Source: Oceanisphaera sp. IT1-181 (GTDB taxonomy: Bacteria; Pseudomonadota; Gammaproteobacteria; Enterobacterales; Aeromonadaceae). From it: DNA of 32,000 nucleotides. The position numbers and the translations under genes are program-made. The notes under the pieces were generated by a model that had not been told where the DNA came from, did not search any database, and saw only the letters and a program-made list of their open reading frames with translations. The DNA lies in NCBI RefSeq assembly GCF_033807535.1, contig NZ_CP136856.1, positions 1,905,842 to 1,937,841 on the forward strand, given 5' to 3'. Positions 25,884 to 32,000 of the stretch are shown here, one piece after another; positions within the stretch are counted from its first letter, which is position 1; every line of letters starts with the position of its first letter.

Positions 25884-26437
25884 TGAGCAATATTTTAATC
25901 GCCATTGGAGTATTGGCGCTGCTGGCGCTGATTTTTGGTCTGATCTTGGGCTTTGCCGCCATTAAGTTTCGGGTGGAGTCAGATCCTATCGTTGAGCAGC
26001 TCGACGAATTATTGCCGCAAACCCAATGCGGCCAGTGTGGTTACCCGGGTTGTATGCCCTATGCACAAGCCGTGGCCGACGGCGATGACATTAATAAGTG
26101 CGTGCCCGGTGGCGACGCCACTATGCGCAAGATTGCCGATCTTATGGGCGTGGAGCCGCAAACCATGGGCGAAGCCGCCGCCGTGCCGGAAAAACGGGTG
26201 GCCTTTATTCATGAAGATATGTGTATTGGTTGCACCAAATGCATTGCCGCCTGCCCGGTAGATGCCATAGTGGGTGCCACCAAGGCGCTGCATACGGTGA
26301 TCAGTGATGAGTGCACCGGCTGTGATTTATGTGTGGACCCCTGCCCCACCGACTGCATCGAAATGATCCCCATTACCGTCACCACCGATAATTGGAAATG
26401 GCAGCTCGAGCCCATCGCCATCAAGCAGGTAGAGTAA
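25883..26437 (+). CDS. rnfB: Rnf/Rsx subunit B (polyferredoxin-like Fe-S subunit)
   Basis: 184 aa with an N-terminal TM helix, CGQCGYPGC, and two 4Fe-4S ferredoxin motifs ([12 protein letters not shown] and [12 protein letters not shown]). The start overlaps the rnfA stop (TAATG). Confidence 0.95.
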   Translation: MSNILIAIGVLALLALIFGLILGFAAIKFRVESDPIVEQLDELLPQTQCGQCGYPGCMPYAQAVADGDDINKCVPGGDATMRKIADLMGVEPQTMGEAAAVPEKRVAFIHEDMCIGCTKCIAACPVDAIVGATKALHTVISDECTGCDLCVDPCPTDCIEMIPITVTTDNWKWQLEPIAIKQVE

Positions 26438-26438
26438 G

Positions 26439-29114
26439 ATGTCGTCGTTAAAACCCACATTAAAAAAACCTAAAGCCGTCCAGCTACACACCTTTCACGG
26501 TGGCATACATCCGCCTGATCGTAAGTCTCCCGCTAACTTAACGGCGATCAGCGAGGCGGGCTTACCAGAAGAGTTAGTGTTGCAAGTACGCCAGCATATC
26601 GGCCAAGCGGCGCAATTAAGCGTGAGCGTCGGCGAGCAGGTGCTTAAAGGCCAAGCGCTGACCGAGCCGCTGAATCCCATGATGGTGCCAGTGCATGCAC
26701 CGACTTCCGGTGTTATCTCCGCCATTGAAGACAGACCCTTATGCCACCCTTCTGGCTTAAGTGGCTTGTGTATCGTGCTTAAGCCCGATGGCCAAGAGCG
26801 TTGGCGGGCGCGTTTTCCGGTTGCGGATTATCACTTGCTCGAGCCCGATGTGTTACTGACCCGACTCCATCAAGCGGGCATTACCGGCTTGGGTGGCGCG
26901 GGGTTTCCGGCTCATGTGAAACTTGCGGCTCGCAAGCCTGCTCCGCTCTCTGCCCCGTCTGCTCCGGCGGTCAGTGAAGGAAAGAGTAAAGAAGCCCATG
27001 CTGGTGGGATCAGCACGCTAATTATCAATGGCGTAGAGTGTGAGCCTTACATCAGTGCCGACGACCGTTTAATGCGTGAGCACGCAGGCGAGATTTTGCA
27101 AGGCATCGAGATTTTGCGCCACATCGTGCAGCCTAAGCTGACCATTTTGGTGGTGGAAGACAATAAACCTGAGGCATTATCAGCACTCAAGGCCGCAAAG
27201 AATGCGGCCAATCAAGATGACAGCCTGCAGATCATCGCCATCCCAACTAAATACCCCTCTGGCGGTGAAAAGCAGCTTATCGAAGTGCTCACCGGCTTAC
27301 AGGTGCCGCACCAAGGTTTGCCGTCGGATTTAGGCATAGTGATGCAAAACGTCGGCACCGTTTATGCTATTCAGCAAGCCATTATCAACGACGAGCCGCT
27401 GATCCGCCGCGTGGTCACCTTGGCCGGTGACGCTTTTGCTACACCCGGTAACGCCTGGGTGCACTTAGGTACGCCAGTACGTTATTTATTAAAACGCTAT
27501 GGCCTCACCGCCGAGCGGGAGCAACGAATTATTATGGGCGGCCCCATGATGGGCTTTACGCTGCATTCAGCCGCCGCGCCCATTATTAAAGGCAGTAACT
27601 GCATACTGGCGCCAAAATATGCCGAACTAGCGCCGCCCGCCGAAGAAATGCCCTGCATTCGTTGCAGCCTATGTGCGGACGCCTGCCCCGCCAGCCTATT
27701 GCCGCAACAGCTGTATTGGTATGCACGCAGCGAAGAGCACGACAAGCTTGAAAGTCATAACCTGTTTGACTGCATCGAATGCGGCGCTTGCGCCTACGTA
27801 TGCCCCAGTAATATTCCCTTGGTGGAATATTATCGAATAGCGAAAGCCGATATTCGCCACGCGCGCCATGAAGCAGACCAAGCCGAACGAGCCAAGATCC
27901 GCTTTGAAGCCCGACAAGAGCGGCTAGCCGTTGAAAAAGCCGAACGCCAAGCCCGCCAAGCCAAAGCCGCCGCCGACCGTAAGGCACGCATGGCCGAACA
28001 AGCAGCTAAAACCGGCATCGATCCGGTGGCTGCCGCCTTGGCCCGTGTTAAAACGCGCCAGCTTTCTGAAGCAACGGATGGCCAAACCACAGCACCGGAC
28101 GATATGACCGCCTTGCGTGCCGCCCGCAAAGAAGAAGCCAGACGCAATCGCGCCCTAAAAGCCGCCCAAGCTGCTGGTGTTGGTGATAGTGGTAGTGTCG
28201 AAGAAAATGCCGAACCTGCAAGCGCAACTCAGGGGAAGAATCCGGCAGTGGTCGCCGCCTTGGCTCGCGCTAAAGCACGCAAGGCCGCAGAAGCCGCAGC
28301 AACAGCTAGCGAGCTAAACACAGATAGCGCCACCGCCACTCCCGCTAAAAATCCGGCCGTAGCGGCGGCCATCGCTAAAGCCAAAGCCGCACAAGCAGAG
28401 GCAAGTAAACGCGACAGTGGTAATGAACGAGTAGACCATAAAAAAGAAGCCATTAAAGCTGCGGTGGCGCGCGCTAAAGCCCGTCAGGAAGCTGAATTAC
28501 AGGCGGCAAGGGCCGCATTAAATCCAACCGTAGTTGCCAAGGATGCACCTGTTGGCGAGCCATCGCCCACAGTAAATACGGCTGTGATTGAAAAGAATAC
28601 TGGAGCAGAAAATAGCGAGACAGGGGCAGAGGGCAGCGCGCCTATTGATGCTAAAAAAGCCGCTATTCAAGCGGCCGTCGCCCGAGCTAAAGCGCGCAAG
28701 GCCGCACAAGCGGCTGAATCGCTTGAGCAACCAGCCGTGGCAGTGCAATCAATCACAGATAACGGCAAGCCTGAAGCAGAAAGCAGCCAAAGCGCGGCGC
28801 CTCTCGATGCCAAAAAAGCCGCCATTCAAGCGGCAGTGGCCCGAGCTAAAGCACGCAAGGCCGCACAACCAGCAGAGTCAGTTACAGAGCCTAAACCGGT
28901 TGCCGAAGCTCGACCGGCAATCGATGCTAAACCAGTAACGCGCGGCGATGCCGCAGCAAGCAGTGCGTCGCAGCCAGATCCAGCAGCGGCAAAACAAGCT
29001 GCCATTAAGGCCGCCGTGGCGAGAGCCAAGGCACGCCAAGCGGCAAAAGCGACTGGCATCCAGACTGAGCAAGCATCAGACAAACCATCAGACAAAAAAG
29101 AAGACGAGTCATAA
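26439..29114 (+). CDS. rnfC: Rnf/Rsx subunit C (NADH-binding Fe-S/FMN subunit) with a long repetitive Ala/Lys-rich C-terminal tail
   Basis: 891 aa with GLGGAGFPAHVKL, INGVECEPYISADDRLM, SGGEKQLI, and two ferredoxin motifs (CIRCSLCADACP and CIECGACAYVCP). The last ~420 aa are low-complexity repeats. Confidence 0.95.
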   Translation: MSSLKPTLKKPKAVQLHTFHGGIHPPDRKSPANLTAISEAGLPEELVLQVRQHIGQAAQLSVSVGEQVLKGQALTEPLNPMMVPVHAPTSGVISAIEDRPLCHPSGLSGLCIVLKPDGQERWRARFPVADYHLLEPDVLLTRLHQAGITGLGGAGFPAHVKLAARKPAPLSAPSAPAVSEGKSKEAHAGGISTLIINGVECEPYISADDRLMREHAGEILQGIEILRHIVQPKLTILVVEDNKPEALSALKAAKNAANQDDSLQIIAIPTKYPSGGEKQLIEVLTGLQVPHQGLPSDLGIVMQNVGTVYAIQQAIINDEPLIRRVVTLAGDAFATPGNAWVHLGTPVRYLLKRYGLTAEREQRIIMGGPMMGFTLHSAAAPIIKGSNCILAPKYAELAPPAEEMPCIRCSLCADACPASLLPQQLYWYARSEEHDKLESHNLFDCIECGACAYVCPSNIPLVEYYRIAKADIRHARHEADQAERAKIRFEARQERLAVEKAERQARQAKAAADRKARMAEQAAKTGIDPVAAALARVKTRQLSEATDGQTTAPDDMTALRAARKEEARRNRALKAAQAAGVGDSGSVEENAEPASATQGKNPAVVAALARAKARKAAEAAATASELNTDSATATPAKNPAVAAAIAKAKAAQAEASKRDSGNERVDHKKEAIKAAVARAKARQEAELQAARAALNPTVVAKDAPVGEPSPTVNTAVIEKNTGAENSETGAEGSAPIDAKKAAIQAAVARAKARKAAQAAESLEQPAVAVQSITDNGKPEAESSQSAAPLDAKKAAIQAAVARAKARKAAQPAESVTEPKPVAEARPAIDAKPVTRGDAAASSASQPDPAAAKQAAIKAAVARAKARQAAKATGIQTEQASDKPSDKKEDES
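27850..29111 (+). repeat. In-frame degenerate tandem repeats encoding the RnfC tail (motif approximately KKAAIQAAVARAKARKAAQ, 7 copies)
   Basis: The seven peptide copies are DPVAAALARVKTRQ, NPAVVAALARAKARKAAEAA, NPAVAAAIAKAKAAQAEA, KKEAIKAAVARAKARQEAE, AKKAAIQAAVARAKARKAAQAAES, AKKAAIQAAVARAKARKAAQPAES and AKQAAIKAAVARAKARQAAKA. The two best copies also repeat at DNA level with a 159-nt period (28647-28710 versus 28806-28868). Confidence 0.8.
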
Positions 29115-30163
29115 TGGCGTTAACAATTAGCAGCTCACCTCACGATCGTATCCCGCTCGACACGCCCACATTGATGCGGCGCGTTTGCTATTGCTTGCTG
29201 CCGGGTATCGGCGCTCAGTGGTGGTTTTTTGGCTCGGGCAGCCTCATTCAAATACTGCTGGCCATTCTCACCGCTTACGGTGCCGAAGCCTTAGTATTAG
29301 CCTTGCGCGGTCGGCGTTTAAGTCCGCTGAAAGATAACTCGGCGCTGTTAACCGCCATCTTAATTGGTATCGCCCTGCCGCCGCTGGCACCTTGGTGGCT
29401 AGTCGTCATTGGCACCGGCTTTGCCATTATCGTGGCTAAACACCTGTATGGTGGCATCGGCCAAAACCTGTTTAATCCCGCCATGATCGCCTACGTATTG
29501 CTCTTGGTATCGTTTCCGCTGCAGATGACCAGCTGGCTGCCGCCGCTGGAATTACAATTGTATCCGGTCACCTTTGCCGACAGTGTGTCGGCTATTTTTA
29601 CCGGTTTTACGTTAGACGGTTTTAGCCCCCATCAGCTGCGCGAACTGGCAGACGGCGCGACCATGGCCACCCCGCTCGACACCTTAAAAACTGGTTTTAC
29701 CCAAGGTCATACCGCGAACGAGATCTTAGCGAATCCGGTGTTTGATGGTTTAGCGGGCTTGGGCTGGCAATGGGTGAACTTGGCTTATTTAGCCGGTGGC
29801 CTCATGCTGCTGCGCCTTAAGCTCACCAGCTGGACCATACCTGTGTCCATCTTGCTGAGCCTGTTTGTGGCCAGCCTTATTGGCTTTTTGATAGCACCGG
29901 ACGGCACTGCCAGCCCCACCCTGCACTTATTGTCGGGCGCAACTATGGTGGGAGCCTTCTTTATTGCCACGGATCCTGTGTCGGCGGCCACCACCTTTAA
30001 AGGCCGCCTGATTTACGGCGCCCTGATCGGCTTATTGATTTATCTTATTCGTACCTTCGGCGGCTATCCGGATGCCATCGCTTTTGCGGTGTTACTGGCC
30101 AACATGACGGTGCCCATGATAGACGCACTCACTAAACCCACTACCTATGGAGTGCGCCGCTAA
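29114..30163 (+). CDS. rnfD: Rnf/Rsx subunit D (integral membrane, covalent FMN)
   Basis: 349 aa and polytopic. NPAMIAYVLLLVSFP, GATMATPLD (flavinylation-type motif) and FIATDPVSA are present. The start overlaps the rnfC stop (TAATG). Confidence 0.95.
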   Translation: MALTISSSPHDRIPLDTPTLMRRVCYCLLPGIGAQWWFFGSGSLIQILLAILTAYGAEALVLALRGRRLSPLKDNSALLTAILIGIALPPLAPWWLVVIGTGFAIIVAKHLYGGIGQNLFNPAMIAYVLLLVSFPLQMTSWLPPLELQLYPVTFADSVSAIFTGFTLDGFSPHQLRELADGATMATPLDTLKTGFTQGHTANEILANPVFDGLAGLGWQWVNLAYLAGGLMLLRLKLTSWTIPVSILLSLFVASLIGFLIAPDGTASPTLHLLSGATMVGAFFIATDPVSAATTFKGRLIYGALIGLLIYLIRTFGGYPDAIAFAVLLANMTVPMIDALTKPTTYGVRR

Positions 30164-30795
30164 TGCTGGAGATGATGCGCAAAAACGCGCTGATATTGGC
30201 CATCTTTGCCTTGGTCTGCACGGCCGTAGTGGCCTTAACGCACCGCTTAACGCAAAGCACCATAATTGAACAAGAGCAGGCGCAGTTGCTGCGAGTGCTG
30301 GATGAATTATTGCCCGAGAGCAATCATGACGAGCCTTTATTCGATCATTGCGTGTTGCTAACCAGCCCACAATTTTTAGGCAGCAAAGGTCCGCTACCGG
30401 TGTTTACCGCTGTTAAAAACGGTCAACCTCAAGGCTATGCCATCGAAGCCATAGCACCCGACGGCTACAGCGGCGAGATTAAGCTGGTGGTGGGTGTGCA
30501 AATCGACGGCACTTTAAGCGGGGTGCGCGTTTTAAACCACAATGAAACGCCTGGCTTGGGCGATAAAATCGAACTTAAACGCTCCCCTTGGATCTTAAGC
30601 TTTAATGGCAAGTCCATGACCGATGAAAAGGATATCCGCTGGGCGGTACGTAACGACGGCGGTCAGTTTGACGCTTTTACCGGCGCCACTATTACGCCCA
30701 GAGCCATCGTAAAAGCGGTACGTAAGGTACTGCTCTTGGTACAACAACAACCGCAATTACTCACGCAAGCCCCAGCCTGTGGAGCATCATTATGA
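30163..30795 (+). CDS. rnfG: Rnf/Rsx subunit G (periplasm-facing FMN-binding subunit)
   Basis: 210 aa with an N-terminal anchor helix, ETPGLGDKI, and the FMN-attachment motif [13 protein letters not shown]. The start overlaps the rnfD stop (TAATG). An internal Met at codon 4 or 5 is an alternative start. Confidence 0.93.
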   Translation: MLEMMRKNALILAIFALVCTAVVALTHRLTQSTIIEQEQAQLLRVLDELLPESNHDEPLFDHCVLLTSPQFLGSKGPLPVFTAVKNGQPQGYAIEAIAPDGYSGEIKLVVGVQIDGTLSGVRVLNHNETPGLGDKIELKRSPWILSFNGKSMTDEKDIRWAVRNDGGQFDAFTGATITPRAIVKAVRKVLLLVQQQPQLLTQAPACGASL

Positions 30796-31487
30796 GCGAC
30801 CAATATAAAGACATTATTCGCCAAGGTTTGTGGAGTAATAACCCCGCCTTGGTGCAAATTTTAGGCTTGTGCCCCGTACTCGCCGTCACCAGCACCGTTA
30901 CTAACGCCATGGGCTTGGGCTTGGCCACCTTACTGGTATTGGTCGGGTCCAATACCTGTGTCTCTTTGGTACGAAAATGGGTGCCAAACGAGGTGCGCAT
31001 TCCCATCTATGTGATGATTATTGCAAGCCTAGTAACCTGCGTGCAGCTACTTATGAACGCCTACACCTATGGCGTGTATCAATCACTGGGCATTTTTATT
31101 CCGCTGATCGTCACTAACTGCGTGATCATTGGCCGTGCTGAAGCCTTTGCCTCTAAAAATAGCGCACCGCTGGCCGCCTTCGATGGCCTGATGATGGGCT
31201 TGGGCTTTACCTGTGTGCTGTTAGTATTGGGCGGCCTTCGCGAACTATTAGGTCAAGGCACTTTATTTGATGGCGCAGAATTGCTGTTGGGCGACTGGGC
31301 AACCGTGTTACGCATGGACGTACTGCACTTAGATAACGGCTTCTTGCTGGCGATATTACCGCCCGGCGCCTTTATTGGCTTAGGACTATTAGTGGCCACT
31401 AAAAATTGGCTGGATAATAAATTGGCCGCTAAAATGGCGCCCGTGACTAAAGCCGAAATAACCCGCGCCCGCGTGACCTCGTTATGA
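30792..31487 (+). CDS. rnfE: Rnf/Rsx subunit E
   Basis: 231 aa. [22 protein letters not shown] and [20 protein letters not shown] show it to be an RnfA paralogue. There is a 4-nt ATGA overlap with rnfG. Confidence 0.95.
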   Translation: MSDQYKDIIRQGLWSNNPALVQILGLCPVLAVTSTVTNAMGLGLATLLVLVGSNTCVSLVRKWVPNEVRIPIYVMIIASLVTCVQLLMNAYTYGVYQSLGIFIPLIVTNCVIIGRAEAFASKNSAPLAAFDGLMMGLGFTCVLLVLGGLRELLGQGTLFDGAELLLGDWATVLRMDVLHLDNGFLLAILPPGAFIGLGLLVATKNWLDNKLAAKMAPVTKAEITRARVTSL

Positions 31488-31523
31488 ATTCGTTGACTTC
31501 GTTATAAATCAGGTAGTTTTATT

Positions 31524-32000
31524 ATGAATAAGGACAAACGTCGGCAAATTTTAGAACGGCTGCGCGAAAATAATCCTAACCCGACCACTGAGCTTAATTT
31601 TCGCAATCCCTTCGAGCTATTAATTGCGGTGTTATTATCGGCGCAAGCGACAGATGTGAGCGTAAATAAAGCCACCATCGGCTTATTTAATGCCGGCCCT
31701 ACCCCAGAGGCGATGTTGGCATTAGGCGTTGACGGTGTAAAAGAGCACATTAAAACGATTGGCCTATTTAATACCAAGGCCGTAAACGTGATTAAAACCT
31801 GCACTATGTTAGTAGAGCTGCATGGCAGTGTAGTGCCAGAAAGCCGCGAGGCATTAGAAGCCCTGCCCGGCGTGGGGCGCAAAACTGCCAACGTGGTACT
31901 GAACACCGCCTTTGGCTGGCCGACTATCGCCGTGGATACTCATATTTATCGGGTATCTAATCGCACCGGCTTTGCCAAAGGCAAGACGGTAGATCAAGTC
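31524..32000 (+). CDS. nth: Endonuclease III (DNA glycosylase/AP lyase), 5' 159 codons; truncated by the window edge
   Basis: Not in the ORF track because it is open-ended. From ATG 31524 it reads MNKDKRRQILERLRENNPNPTTELNFRNPFELLIAVLLSAQATDVSVNKAT...LPGVGRKTANVVLNTAFGWPTIAVDTHIYRV. This is almost identical in pattern to my recollection of E. coli Nth. Its position after rnfE matches E. coli rsxABCDGE-nth. Confidence 0.95.
   Translation, partial: MNKDKRRQILERLRENNPNPTTELNFRNPFELLIAVLLSAQATDVSVNKATIGLFNAGPTPEAMLALGVDGVKEHIKTIGLFNTKAVNVIKTCTMLVELHGSVVPESREALEALPGVGRKTANVVLNTAFGWPTIAVDTHIYRVSNRTGFAKGKTVDQV

Noticed and set aside
31502-31906. 134-aa minus-strand ORF at the right edge
   Set aside because: It is antisense to an unmistakable endonuclease III (nth) reading frame starting at 31524 on the plus strand.

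Overview
This is a chromosomal segment of a MukBEF-bearing gammaproteobacterium (Enterobacterales, Vibrionales, Aeromonadales or Alteromonadales type), and it is mostly conserved housekeeping genes. All protein calls rest on reading motifs and recalled homologues; I ran no searches.

**Gene content, left to right**
- A partial Cys/His-rich gene running off the left edge, then an exported cupredoxin-like protein.
- rlmF.
- A roughly 5-kb block of less conserved genes: an exported hypothetical protein, a GST-like protein, and a three-gene periplasmic module (Tat-signal flavin amine oxidase-fold enzyme, cytochrome c, signal-peptide RidA).
- A YbiO-type MscS channel, an EAL-only phosphodiesterase and a DHA2-type MFS transporter.
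- cmoM(smtA)-mukF-mukE-mukB on the minus strand, with divergent elyC, matching E. coli synteny.
- tpiA, pfkA, then rnfABCDGE followed by nth, which is cut by the right edge.

**What is absent:** I see no phage, IS element, integrase, CRISPR array, tRNA or rRNA gene, or recognisable defence or toxin system.

**Most interesting candidate:** the flavoenzyme, cytochrome c and exported RidA trio. I read it as a possible NicA2/CycN-like periplasmic amine or amino-acid dehydrogenase with its own imine deaminase.

**Second theme:** at least three unrelated short-repeat families densely colonise the intergenic regions.
- About 145-195 bp MITE-like elements with TTGCCACGGAA termini.
- A mosaic REP-like family.
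- Long CATTGCGAGGAG...GGCAATCC palindromes.

One copy appears to supply the last roughly 16 codons of elyC (about 30 extra residues beyond the conserved core). Another splits cmoM from mukF. The 1-kb repeat-rich spacer before rnfA hides a 34-codon Cys-rich ORF with a good ribosome-binding site.
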